Assembly (NCBI GenBank): GCA_964016885.1
Contig: OZ024747.1
Location: 21,700,001 to 21,764,000, forward strand
Length of the DNA: 64,000 bases
Direction of reading: 5' to 3'
Source: Eledone cirrhosa
Taxonomy: Eukaryota
The position numbers and the translations under genes are program-made. The notes below the pieces were generated by a model. The model was not told the DNA's origin, made no database searches, and saw only the letters and a list, made by a program, of their open reading frames with translations. Below, piece by piece: positions 39,666-52,528 of this stretch; position 1 is the first letter of the stretch, and every line of letters starts with the position of its first letter.

Positions 39666-39770
39666 CCCAACAAATTCTTCATCTATTTAAATACAAGGTA
39701 TTACATTAGAAATATGGTAAGGAACGAGTTAATTCTGTATACTTTCATATTATCTCTTTTTTATTTACAG

Positions 39771-39857
39771 ATAGGAATTATTTGTGGCAGTGGCTTACAA
39801 GAATTGGATTTTCTCAAAAATAAGCATGAGAAAGATGTGACCACACCCTTTGGCAGG
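39771..39857 (+). CDS. MTAP: MTAP exon 2 (IGIICGSGLQELDFLKNKHEKDVTTPFGR)
   Basis: tttacag acceptor, gtaagc donor, 87 nt; matches IGIIGGTGL...VDTPFGK. Confidence 0.93.
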
Positions 39858-39964
39858 GTAAGCTATACACATGTTTATTTGTAGCTTCATAAAGTTATTT
39901 AAATTCATTATCTGCTTTACATTGTCTTCACTATGTATGAATAGTTTATATAGAATATTGTGAT

Positions 39965-40163
39965 TTAACCTTTTTGATACCAAACTGCATGGAACTGATC
40001 CTGGTTCTATGATACTAAGCTGTATATTTTAAAATGTTGACATTTATCTAAAACTTTAATGTAAGAATCTTTGTTAATTTATCTTCCAAACACCAGATCA
40101 ATAATGATAAAGTTAAACCCACCGAAAGTCTTTTGTTAGAAATATGGTAACAAAAGAATTAAA
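39965..40163. mobile_element. Second, older TTAA MITE family (CCCTTTTGATACCAA-type end)
   Basis: Similar segments near 9787, 16350-16580, 29520-29936 (hosting a nested MITE), 37950-38100 and tandem at 55504-55910. Confidence 0.55.
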
Positions 40164-40224
40164 CATTTTTTAATACATACTAGCATACATCCTATCTCAG
40201 TAGACTGGTACTTTTATTTTTTAG

Positions 40225-40283
40225 CCTTCCCAAACCTTGACATGTGGAACTGTTCAAGATGTAGATTGTGTCATTTTATCCAG
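40225..40283 (+). CDS. MTAP: MTAP exon 3 (PSQTLTCGTVQDVDCVILSR)
   Basis: ttttag acceptor, gtaagt donor, 59 nt; matches [20 protein letters not shown]. Confidence 0.92.
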
Positions 40284-42460
40284 GTAAGTTTTTACCTTGA
40301 TATTCTACTTCACCAATGATTTAACCCTTTAGCTTTTAAACCAGCCGTATCCAGCCAAAATTCTCTTACCTCTTTCTGTTCAAATCGGCAGTAACCAGCC
40401 AGTATTCTCTCACCTCTTTTTGTTCAAACCAGCTGTAACCGGCTGTTCATACTTATGTTAAGGTATTGTTCGCAAAATAAATGATATCAAAATCTCATAG
40501 ATTCAATATTATATGAGATAATTATGTGAAAATACAATATGTAAATATAGAGTAATGTAAATGCTAAAGGGTTAAACCAGGGATCAGAGTGCAGAGGGGA
40601 ATTATTTCAAATGGAGTAAAATAAAAAAAAATGTGTATACACCATATATATATGGTATATATTCCATGTGTATTTCAGTTTTTAGTATAGATACATTGTA
40701 TCCCTGCATGTTGTAAGGGGTGACAAAAGGGTTAGTGTCAGGAACGACATCTTGTTGTAAAACATTGTCTCAAAACACCCTGTCTAACCCATCAATAGCA
40801 TTCTATCTACAATCATACCATCTTTTTCCTGTAGGCAGGGAACTCAATGCCATTTTATCCAACATAACCTTTTCTAAGATATTAAGATGTGATTTGAGGA
40901 AGATTTGGCTGCTATTTCAAGCTGGTCATGTTACAATATAGAAGCTCCTTCATTGGCTCTATGTTGTTTGTGTTGATAAAATATGTCCCTTGATAAGCTG
41001 ACAACATTAGGAGATTATATTTACTAGCAAGATTTATACACTACTCTTGTTAGGAGAATATTATAGGATTTTCTTGGTCTATTTTTACTTATTTTATTCA
41101 AGGTATATTAAAGCTGATAGAGCTACCAAATAAAAAATTTGTATTGTACAACAAATACTGTGTGTCATCAAATATTGTATATATCAGCAACCTATACCAT
41201 TGCTACCCCAGTCACACCACGACATTGTAGGAGAATGCTCTCAGGTGTATAGAACCCCAGATGCAAGCCACTTCATGGTCCCAGCAAACTGAATAGAGAA
41301 AGGTTACCCTAAAACATAGTGAGGAAAACACATTTTCATCATAACCTTATGAGGGTTATCGCCTCTAGTTTGGTTAATGAGCCATCTAAACTAGGTCAAG
41401 CTAATTTGGAGGAATGGTGATGATGGTAATAGTTGTGATGATGATGTTGTCATGTAGTAGCTGTTACTAACAACCTATCCTATTAAAGGTGAGTCATGAT
41501 ATGACATAGTCTTATTTCCTCATCTTGTTAATAAATCCTGTTTTTGTTCATCCTTTTACATCCGTTTTCCAATGTTGGCATGGGTTCAATGGAATGTGAA
41601 GCCAAGTAAAGAAACATTACTCCAACAATCTTTTTTTTTCCCTTCCTGTTTATGCATTTACTGCACAAGTAAATGTCCCATGTTTCATCATCATCATCAT
41701 CATCATCATTGTCTGTCTATTTTCCATGCTTGCATGGATTAGATGGGCTGTCACATACTCGGACTAGACTAGTTATGTGACTACATATTGCTCATATGTT
41801 CCATTTTTTTTACTTGGAATCTGTTCTTGGATGCCCTTCCTGATGCCAACTACTTTACAGCATATACTAGGAACATTTTTTTATGGCACTTTGAATGTAT
41901 TCTCTATGTATTCTCTACAGAGATGCATTGAAATTATGTCAAAGCTTACAATGTTGTGTTGTTGAAGCACAGTCATGGCTGTGTTGTTAGAAAGTTCACT
42001 TTGCAATCACGTAAGTTCAGTTTTGATCCCATTGCAAGGCACCTTAGACCTGACCAATGGTTAAAATATGTTCTGTAACTTACTCAGCTCTATTCTATCT
42101 GCAAAGGCAACAAATTCAGAGCCACTGAAACGTCAGAGAGAATGCTGAGTTCAAATTCTTTTGTGGTCAAATTTGCCTTGCTTCCTTTTGGGGTCAATAA
42201 AAAAAAAACCCACGAATCCATTACTGGCATCAATTTTTCCTCTCTTCTCTATCTCTCTTTCTCTTTCTCTGGAAGAAATCAGCTGTATTCAGACCTGGAA
42301 GGGGATGGGCTCTGCTAGGTTTAAAATTCCCCAAGACACTGCTGTATGTTACTATGGTAACCCATGAAATGTTGTATGTCACTACACCACCCCCTATGAT
42401 TCTACCTGGAGTTATGGCACCATACTTACATACATTCTATCTACATTTTGTATTTTTTAG

Positions 42461-42628
42461 GCATGGCCCTAAGCATTCCATCATGCCAACTTTGGTGAAC
42501 TACCGAGCTAATATCCATGCATTGAAAGAAGAAGGCTGTACACATATCCTGGCTACAACAGCCTGTGGTTCATTACAAGAAACTATTTCACCTGGTGACA
42601 TAGTTGTTGTTGACCAGTTTATTGACAG
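42461..42628 (+). CDS. MTAP: MTAP exon 4 ([56 protein letters not shown])
   Basis: 168 nt, AG/GT bounded; strong MTAP signature, visible in ORF 42354..42656. Confidence 0.97.
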
Positions 42629-43444
42629 GTTAGTAAGTCGGTTTCTTTTGCCTTAACTTTTAACATTTAAACCGGCTGTATCGGGCTACAATTCTCTCCC
42701 CTCTTTTTGTTCAAACAGGCCATAACCGTCCACTCATACTGATGTTATGTGAGATAAAGCCTATATCATGAATATACAATAGTAAATGCTAAAGGGTTAA
42801 AAACTTCAAATTTTTATTTTCATTCATGTTGTTGTTGTTAATATTAGTGGAGTCAGGGAATTAGCAGAATCATTAGTGTCAGACAAAAAATTTTGTGGTA
42901 TTTAGTTACAACTTGTTTCATTCTAAGTCCAAATCCCACCAAATTCGGTTGACTTTGATCTCCCTGTCTGTGTATATTGACATATCACAGAATATGGTTG
43001 CATTGTCATTCTCTGACACTTTTTCTGTTGTATATATACCACCTCTTTTCTGTTGGTATATCGTAGTGTGTTGGCATAACTTCCAGTGTATGTAAATCCC
43101 AACTCTATCATATCTACGCTTTTTTAGAGGCAGCCTTTACTCACCTCGCCATATCTACAACACTGGGTTATGAGAGTTTTCCTGAGAGCTACAGGTGTCA
43201 CTCATCGCTCTATCTCTCCTAGTAGTTTTCTACTGTTGGTCCAGGGTTGCTTATTCATCTGGCAGCTGCCTACTTAAGTCGTAACTCACCATCATATCTG
43301 GTGGCCGTATCGCTATCTGCCACCTCAGACCCATTTTCTGAAAAACAAAACTATCTAAAAAGAAATCTCATCCAATGAAAGTCAATATGGACAAAATCAT
43401 GAGTTGAGTAGTTTGCTAATTTCATCATTTTTCCTCTTTTTCAG

Positions 43445-43547
43445 AACCACTAAGCGATGCCCAACCTTTTTTGATGGCTCTGATATTGCTCCAAAAGGAA
43501 TATGCCATTTAGAAATGCATACGCCATTTTCACCAAAACTAGCAAAG
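43445..43547 (+). CDS. MTAP: MTAP exon 5 (TTKRCPTFFDGSDIAPKGICHLEMHTPFSPKLAK)
   Basis: tttttcag acceptor, gtactt donor, 103 nt; matches TTMRPQSFYDG...GVCHIPMAEPF. Confidence 0.94.
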
Positions 43548-44076
43548 GTACTTTCTTGTTAAATATCTCCTAATATTTGTGGTGTTGTTTTTGTTTGTTT
43601 GTTTGTTTTCCATTAATGTATATAATTATAGACAGTAAATTAGCACTATCATTAGAATGTTTTACAATATTTGCTCCAGTTCAAATCCCATTCATTTCAA
43701 CTGTGCCTTTCATCCTTTCGGAGTCGATAGAATAAAGTGCCAGTCCAGTACTTGGGTTAATTCATCCTCTTTCCAAATACCTCTTGCTCTCTCTCCTTCT
43801 CTGGAAGAAATTGATTGTGTTCTTATCTGGAGAAGGATGGGCTCAGCTAGACTTTAGATGCTCCAGACATACTGCTGTATGTCACTATAGCACCCCTATA
43901 ACTAAATTAACAGTTATTGGTCCATATATATATAAATTTCAAAAAATTATTTCCATATATCTAGTTGAGAAACTACTAGTTATATATATATATATAGAAT
44001 GACAAATAATGAATATACTCACCTATGTACAATATATACACATATGCATATATATATCTATGTCTATACCTTAAAG

Positions 44077-44229
44077 CTTCTGTATGATGCATCAACAAAA
44101 CTGGGTTACAAAACACATCCTGTTGGCACAGTGGTGACAATTGAAGGGCCAAGATTCTCAACTAGAGCTGAAAGTAAAATGTTCCGATCTTGGGGAGGTC
44201 ATATTATCAATATGACAACAGTTCCAGAG
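44077..44229 (+). CDS. MTAP: MTAP exon 6 ([51 protein letters not shown])
   Basis: aag acceptor, gtcagt donor, 153 nt; EGPRF and NMTT motifs. Confidence 0.95.
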
Positions 44230-45450
44230 GTCAGTTGATGCTCTTTTATTTTCTTTCTGTATTTGTTTTTTACCTTCCTTTTTCTATAATAGTAGAGATT
44301 TGATATTTGTTAACTTTTAAATGATTTCAAGTAAATGCTTTTATTTACCTTTCTAATGCTCATCACTCTACCATACCGAAAACTCAGAGCTATCTTTAAT
44401 CTAGGTAAGTTAAAATGGATGAAGTATCTTTATCTAACCTATTACAAGATAGTAGGGTGTATTTTGGGAGTAATTTAGCTGCTATTTCTAGCAGGTGAAG
44501 TGATTTTGTTGAAGCTATCATTGCCTTATTAGTTATTCTGGTTGTGCTTGCTGTTAAGTACAGTTTAATAAACCAGCACAAATAAAAGTAGGTATTTTAT
44601 AAATATCACATAATTACTATATATTGTTTCTACTTTAGGCACAAGGCCAACAATTACCCAGTGCATTACTGGTACTTTATTTTATCGACCCCATAAGGAT
44701 GAAAGGCAAAGTCAACCTCGGTGGGATTTGAACTCAGATCGTAAAGGGACATAACTATGCTGGAAAGCATGGCGATGAACCCTATTTAGCTTTTTCCCCA
44801 CTTCAGCTACAGTAAACTCTACCAATATCTGTCAATAAGGTAGCAAATTGGGAGAATTGTTAGAGCATAGGACAAAATATGTAGTATTTGTTCTGACTCT
44901 CTGTGCTCAATCTTGCTGAGATCAATTTTGCCTTTCATCTTCTCAGAGAAAATTGAATAATGCACTAGTCCTGGGAAGTGGATTGGTGGAATTGCTAAAG
45001 CATCAGACGATGTGTCTTGTGGTATTTGTATTCTGAGTTCAAATCCAGCTGTGGCTTATTTGGGTGGTAGACTTAATCTGTCACTTGTACAACACCAGAC
45101 CAATGAATGCTGTTAGTGGGGTTCTCTCTTTTGTAATCATTCAGACTAGGTTTCCAGCTTGAAGATCCATTACTCCCTGACTAAATTGGGGAGAGTAAGA
45201 TGAAAAAGGAAGACACCATCACTGGTTTTCTCAGGTTCTAATTGTTTTGTTTCTTGAGTTTTTAGCAGGGTGGGATGGGGGTCTCTTTTTTTCAATAACT
45301 AAACATTGTTTTGAGTAGGATGTGATACTACTAACGTTATTATAGCCAATTGTTGCTTATTGTTTTAACTACAAATCTTAAATTTCAGTAACAAGCAATA
45401 AATATTTCCATGCCAAGTGATTTGTATTTGATGAATGATGTTTGTTTTAG

Positions 45451-45537
45451 GTGACACTGGCGAAGGAGTTAGCGTTGTGTTATTCTAGTATTGCTCTGGT
45501 GACTGACTATGATAGTTGGAGAGAAGATGAAGAGGGG
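45451..45537 (+). CDS. MTAP: MTAP exon 7 (VTLAKELALCYSSIALVTDYDSWREDEEG)
   Basis: ttttag acceptor, gtaagt donor, 87 nt; contains the catalytic TDYD. Confidence 0.95.
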
Positions 45538-47254
45538 GTAAGTATGCAGCTTCAATTATTTACTTCTTTAAAATTCTATTCTACATAGGTTAGAGAGAAA
45601 ATAATTGTATATGATCTATTGTATGTACAACAGCTCAGTGAAGAGAAGTAGTTATATGATCAAAGAAACAACCTGTTCATGACATTAATGTACAAGTGTA
45701 CCTTTATGTAGTTCTCAGGGAGATTCAGCATGTTACAGACTGACCCTTTGAATTACTGTTACAACTCTCTTTTGCCAACTGAAAGAACTGATGCAACATG
45801 AAATAAAGTGCCTTGCTCCAGAACACAAAGCACCACCAGTCATCAAACTCATGACCTTACAATCATGAACCGAACACCTTAACCACTAATCTATGTGCCT
45901 TCATGTAAATGTAGTATTCAATGTTTAAAGACTATATTTGTTATGTATAAATTAGAGGGATACTCTTCATATACAGAGTCTGCCAATAAAAGGTATACAC
46001 ACTTAAGCAAAAGATATATATATATATATATATTCAATTATTCAAGAGTACGTTTCTTGCATCAAGATATTTCAATATAGAAATTCATCTTGTGTGTGTG
46101 TACAGGTAAATTTTGTGTTTGTCCTTCACACTTATAATTTTATATAGCTCTGATTAATTGATTATTTATTTACTTCATTTATTCGTCGAGTCCAATTGGG
46201 TACAGGTTAGACACTATTCACATATATGTGCTTATATTTATGTATATGTATCTTATATATATATAAGATACATATACATAAGTATAAGCACATTTATTAA
46301 ATATATATACATACATTAAATAAATATATATATAGAGAGAGAGAGAGGCACATTTATTGTAAGCAAGTGAGATAACTCCAATGAAACTGGACTTATCTCC
46401 CTTAATGTGATTTGACGAATTGTAAATAACAGATAGAAACTATTATTTGTATTAGTTGACAGTATCGGTGTAGTCGGACTAAATGCTTTGTCATATTTTG
46501 TTACGAGCTTCTACTTTCTGCGTTCTAATCCTGCTGGGGTCGATAAATAAAGTACCAGTAAAATATTATATCATCCACTTTCCCTTCCTCAAAATTATAT
46601 TATATTTAATCCAATTAATTAATGCACATTAAGACAGCAAACATTCTCTTATCATAAAGGATTCGACAGGTTGTCACAGAACAAGTTGGTATTAAATATG
46701 AACTCTCGGACGTGTCAGGAGCTGCATCTCACTTATGTTTCTGCACTCTACAGAGTACATTGGATGCATTTTATTGAGGCACCGGCACTAAGGAGGTTGT
46801 TGTGTCTTTGACACAACTGAAGGGTCCTTTCAAGTCTTTGTTTGACATGTTTTTTTAAAGCTGAATGTCCTTTCTATCACCAATCACCTTACAGGGTGTA
46901 CTGGGTGCATATTTCATAACACTAGCACTAGAGACATTGTCCTGTTGTGAGTGTCGGATCTTCTCAATTCACTTTGAACTGGTTTCTATGACTGGTGGCC
47001 CTTCATAGAACTAACCATTACAGTCTACTGGGTGAGCTTTATTATAGTACCAACACTAGGGAGTTTGTCGATTATTGACTTGACTGATGAGATCCCTCTC
47101 CATATGGGGAGGGGATAAAATCAAAGGCTCTATGTCTATAAAAAAAAACTTTTTAATAGATTATTTGTATTTTTATTTTGTTTCATATTTTGTTGTTTGA
47201 TGAACACATGAAGAACATTATTGATTTTTGTTTCTATTTGGCACTAATATTTAG

Positions 47255-47377
47255 GTTTCAGTTGATGCTGTCCTGAAGACTTTTAAAGAAAATGCTAAAA
47301 AAGCTCAAAAAATCCTCATAGCTGTTATTCCTGAGATTGCCAAACACAACTGGAGAGAGGAATTACAACACAATAAG
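47255..47377 (+). CDS. MTAP: MTAP exon 8 (VSVDAVLKTFKENAKKAQKILIAVIPEIAKHNWREELQHNK)
   Basis: tttag acceptor, gtataa donor, 123 nt; matches VSVDRVLKTLKENANKAK. Confidence 0.94.
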
Positions 47378-47549
47378 GTATAAATAATATATTCTTTCAC
47401 TCTTTCTTTCTCTCACTCTCTACATGTATAAGAACTTTTTATAATGAGCAGAGATGACTGACAGATTATTGTGTTCTATTCCTCACTAAGACAAAATACA
47501 AGATGTTAGTCACCTTATTTTAGCTAGATATGCAATACATACTTTACTA

Positions 47550-47720
47550 CAGTGAAATTCCATTATAACGAAATTCACGAGGTATAAAAGAAAAATCCTT
47601 TATAACAAGATCAACCAAAACAAATGGAGTGTTTGTTTATTACCCTTGGACTTTGAAAAAAATTTCATTATACTGAAAAAATTTGTTATAATGGTATTCG
47701 TTATAACGGAATCTTACTTG
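47550..47720. mobile_element. pogo/Tigger-type MITE
   Basis: TA|CAGTGAAATTCCATTATAACGAA...TTCGTTATAACGGAATCTTACTTG|TA with internal TTATAAC repeats. Confidence 0.65.
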
Positions 47721-50099
47721 TATCATCATTTTAACATCTGTTTTTCCATGGGGTTGTTGGATTTGTCATAGTGAATGCCACCACATCTTGATTTTTCATC
47801 ATCTCATCAACTGGGCAAAGCAAACAACTATATTTCATCATTCATCATTGTTTTACTCCTGTTTTCCTATGATAGCATGTGTTGATCAGGTCTGCTCTAG
47901 TAGAGCATCTTACCACATAGCTCTGAGGAGCTAAGGCCATAGTAGTAGCAACAAAAGCAGAGAGAAGAGACATAGCACATCTGTGGGCTAGAGGTTGGAA
48001 TGTGTTTGTAACTTTATACAAAAAACTAGCAACCATACAGAATCATTAATGTTGAACAAAACACACTTTTATATTTAGTTACAACTAAGATCAATAAAAT
48101 AAAATGCTAGTCAAATACTAGGGACAATTTAGTTAACTAATCCCTCTCCCCAAATTTCTGGCCTTATGCATATGTAAGAAATCATCATCATCTTCGTCAT
48201 TATTATTACTTTCATAAGGGCAGTGGCATGGCATAGTGCATCGCATGAAATGCATGGCAGCATATAGTTATGGCCCTTTACTTTCTGAGGTTAGCTTTGC
48301 CTTTCATCCTTTCTGGGTCAATAAAATAAAGTACTTGGGGTCAATATAATCCACGTTTTCCTTCTCCACATATTGCTGGCCATTTGCCTAAATTAGAAAT
48401 CATTGTTATTATTGCTTTGCACACAACAGCTATTATTATCTGAGTCCAAATCCTGCCGAGGTTAACTTTGCCTTTCTTCCTTACGGGGTCGATAAAATAA
48501 AGTACCAGTAATGCACTGGGGTAATTGCTGGCTTTGTGCCAAAAGTAGAAACAATTATTATTATTGCTTTCATATCTAATTCTCTATTCAGACAATAGCT
48601 TGTGTTGATCTGCATTATAACATTATTCCATATTTCCTCCATAGTCAACACATTTTTTCACCCAAGTAAGCAATAATATCTATCTTATGTCCACACTAAT
48701 TCTGTTTCTTTCTTTACACACAACAGCTATACATTACATACATAAATGTATGTCAAAGATATAGTGTTGATAATCTATACAATAAAACCATCCAGTACAG
48801 TTAAGTGGGTGGTGATAGGAAGGGCATCCAGCCATAGGCAACCCATCAAACAAAGGATCAGGAGGACCTATCAGCTGTTTCAAAGACATGAACACGTCTT
48901 TAGTGCTTTGCCATGATAAAATGGACAGTAAAGCACAGCAACATATATAAGTGAGATGCAGACCCTGGGTTTGTCTGAGCCCTTGGACGAGTGTGAGAAC
49001 TTATGTAAGCAAGATGCCAACGCCTCAGCTCATTTGAAAAGTCAGTAGCTCTGCTTGAGTATTGACTTGGTCTATGATGACCTGTCCAACTCTTGCTAGC
49101 AGGGAAAACAGACATTAAATGATGATACATACATATTGAGCTAGATGCTAGAATTTCTAAATTGTATAAACTGTTATATTTGTATATTTTTTTACATCTC
49201 CATATATACACTTCAATTATACAATAAAACAACTTTATCAATACTTCCTCTGACCTTCTCAAATTTTAGGCAATCACTTTATTAATAATGACATTTGACT
49301 ATGAAGTTGATGATGTTATATTCACCTTGTTTTCATTTGTGTTTAAATCTGCCCACCTGCCATGACTTTCAAGAAATCGACCCTTACATATAAATATATA
49401 TAGATTCCTTTCTTCTCGTTCTTATTGACATCTAATGACTGGGTGCAGGCACTTTAACTATGTAAAATTCAAGCCTGCTCCATCCAACAAGTCTGCTCTT
49501 CATCTGTGATGCCATCTCATAGAACCTGCTGGAAATATGTCGACCAAGGGAAATAACCGAGATTTTAAAATAAATTAAAAGATAAGCAGCCAGGTTAGCT
49601 TGTCTCTATTTCACCGCTCTGTTTCGTGATATTCAACGTTTACTCTTTGTCTTCCAAGCTTTTGCATTGATGCAGTTTACAGCCTTATTATGTTTGTCCC
49701 CACCGACTCCTTTTTTTTATATTATGCTTCAATTCACCTATTATTTTGTATGATGGTGATGATTTGTTTCAATGCAGTAGTCTTGGAAAAATAAGATATA
49801 TTTCATTACTGTATCTAAATTGGAAATAGTTGTTTAAAATCAAACTTTCATATATACATCTTCCCTTCAATGACTTATTTCTAGTATATCATATTTAACT
49901 TTTTTTTATATTTTGTTTTGCTGTTGTATTATTTTTTTCTTCTTAGTTGTATTACATAAACCATATATTTTAATAGCAAAGATTTACTATTGTTAAAGCC
50001 TTTTAATGTAAAATTACCATTCAATAACTACAACCTTTACTCATTATAATATCTGACTGAATTCTTTGCTGATAATTTCCATTTTTGTTTTTGTTGTAG

Positions 50100-50135
50100 G
50101 AGGTTCTGGCAGGTTCCATTCTTTCTTACACCTGA
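50100..50135 (+). CDS. MTAP: MTAP terminal coding exon (EVLAGSILSYT*)
   Basis: T-rich tract plus tgtag acceptor; peptide aligns to human NMAQFSVLL with S-I/V-L in register; AATAAA at 50169-50174. Confidence 0.7.
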   Translation, partial: EVLAGSILSYT

Positions 50136-50168
50136 AAACAAAGTTGCTTGTGTATTATCCTCAACTAA

Positions 50169-50174
50169 AATAAA
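50169..50174 (+). terminator. Candidate poly(A) signal AATAAA for MTAP
   Basis: About 34 nt after the stop codon, followed by T/GT-rich sequence. Confidence 0.35.
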
Positions 50175-52388
50175 TCTTTTGTTATTTGTAGTACTACTCT
50201 TTTGTTCTAACCACACTACTTTGTTTGTCTTGAGTTTTTTTTCTATTTTCTGCAATATATTTACTATCAATCATTAGTTCAACAACTTCCAAACACCTGA
50301 TGTTAACCCACTCCCAACAAATATCTTATATAAACCAACCTACTGCAATAATACTTCAAATACTCTGACTAGAAACAAAAAGAACATATCTTTATGAATA
50401 TTCAAGTTCCTATGATATTTTATTACCAAAGATATAGCTTTTTTTTTTTCTTCTTTTGAATCGTCTGCTCAGAAGAACATTTAGACTTTAACATAGAACC
50501 TACCCACCCACATTTTGTTTGTATTTTTATACAGATTGAAATAGTAAAAGATTTTACTGTTGAAACATATGTAATGATTATATTTTATTTTGAATTAAAG
50601 AGTGGACTGCTAATTTTTTTCAACTTTTACATCGATATTTGTTACTTATATTTTTCTTCTTATTTTATTGTTGAAAGGAAATCACTCAGTCAATGCAGTC
50701 TTTTATAATGGATGCAGCATTACTAAATAATTAAGATTCATTGGAAACCTGTTGATTAGATTATAGCAGTAATTCAAAGGACCAACCCTATCACACACAA
50801 TTTCTCTAAGAATTATATTATGGTTACATGTCACTGTAGAACACTCAATCACTTGAATATTAATTTAATGAGTAGGCCATTGTTAAAATCAGTGGAGGGC
50901 CATTTACTTACCATTTTAAGTATGGTTTTGTTGAATAATTGTGTATTGTTAAGCAGCTGTTTTTATAACTTGCTGTAGCCATGCATATTCGTAAGTCTAG
51001 GTCACAAAAATGATGTCTTGGAAGTGAATTTGGTAGATGGAAACTATAATGAAGCCTCTTGTGTGAATAGATGAATTTTCATATCAGCAATAATGTTTGT
51101 CCTGTGTAAACAATACATCCCACAGCATGAAATGGTGGTGGTTAAGATTTGAACTCATCCTTTGAAAATAGTCCTTACTAAACCTTAACAAAATTCAGTA
51201 ATGTATTGGTTTAGTTGTCTAGCTTTAATGCTAGTGCCACAAAAAGCACCAAAGTCTACTCTCTGAGGAGGTTGTATTGGTGGCATGACAAAAAACACCC
51301 AGTCCACCATGTGAGGTGATTCATGTTAAGGGCATCCAGCCGAAGAAAACCAAACCAAACCAAATCAAAAACGGAACGTGTGAGCAAGACATGATCTGTC
51401 AAGCCTTATAATGTAACAGCCCATCTGACACATACAAGCATGGAAAATAAATGTTAATTGATGATGATAGACAATAAGCAGAGTAGATATATATGCTAAT
51501 GAATCATTATTATACGGGCAGTTGATTGACAGAGTTATTAGAGCATTGGACAAATGCTTAGCAGTATCTATTCTGGTTCTTTATATTTTATGTTCAAATC
51601 TTGGAGGTCAACTTTGCCTTTCATCTTCCTAGAGTCAATAAAATAAGGTACTAGTCAAATACTGAGTTCTATATATGACTTTGCTGGCCTTGTCCTAAAA
51701 TTAGAAATCATAAGAGTGGTGGATTGGCAGAGTTAAAGTAAGACAATGCTTAGCAGCATTTATTCTGGCTCTTTACAGTCTGTATTCACATCCTACCAAA
51801 GTCAACTTTGCCTTTCATCTTCCCAGAGTCAAAATAAAGTACGAGAAAAGAACTGGTATTGATAAATTTGTTGGTCTTGTGCCTAAATTAGAAATCATTA
51901 TCATAGTGGTAAATAGTCAGATGTATGTATGGATCTGCAACTCCTGGTGGAGACATAGGGACACCATTAAGACATACTAGGGAACTTTAAACCTATAGCA
52001 GCCCATCCTCTATCCATGTCTGGACACAGCTAATTTCTTCCAGAGAAGGAGAGAGGAAGTGAAAAAGAGATATAGAGGAAGAATTAACCCAAGTTTTGGA
52101 CTGGTACTTTTTTTTTATTGACCTCAAGACAAAGTTGATCTCAGTGGGATTTGAACTTAGAGAGCTGGAAAAAAACATCACAAAGCATTCTAGTTGATGA
52201 TCTAATGACTCTGGCAATTCGTGATATTATAGATGTAGAGAAATTATTACAATAAATGTGGTGCTCAATATGTGGAAATGAAGCTGTTTCACTAACCACA
52301 TCACTGGTTTCTGTCTTCAAGCAAAGTCTGTAACAGACAATATTATTTTCAATACTCTGCTTATTTGCCACCTTTGGAAATACTAGAG

Positions 52389-52528
52389 CAGGCATGGGCA
52401 ACTTTTTTTGAGCAGCAGCCTGCAAGAGATGTGGCTAATCATAAGGTAGACTGCACTACTAAAATTCAAGGTTACTTTTCATTAGGCATGCCATTCTGAA
52501 AGCCAAAAGGGAAGTTTGCCCATGACTG
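52389..52528. mobile_element. hAT/Charlie-type MITE
   Basis: TIRs CAGGCATGGGCAA and TTGCCCATGACTG; imperfect ACTAG-containing 8-bp flanks. Confidence 0.6.

Larger units (their letters stand above)
24220..50135 (+). other. MTAP: MTAP gene model (S-methyl-5'-thioadenosine phosphorylase), 9 coding exons, ~276 aa
   Basis: join(24220..24234,39771..39857,40225..40283,42461..42628,43445..43547,44077..44229,45451..45537,47255..47377,50100..50135). All introns are GT-AG and phases are consistent. Motifs [25 protein letters not shown] and TDYD are present. Exon sizes 87/59/168/103/123 match human MTAP as recalled. Confidence 0.93.

Noticed and set aside
50708-50725. MDAALL peptide resembling RNF11 VDAALL
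   Set aside because: Five-residue match with no flanking similarity; most likely coincidence.
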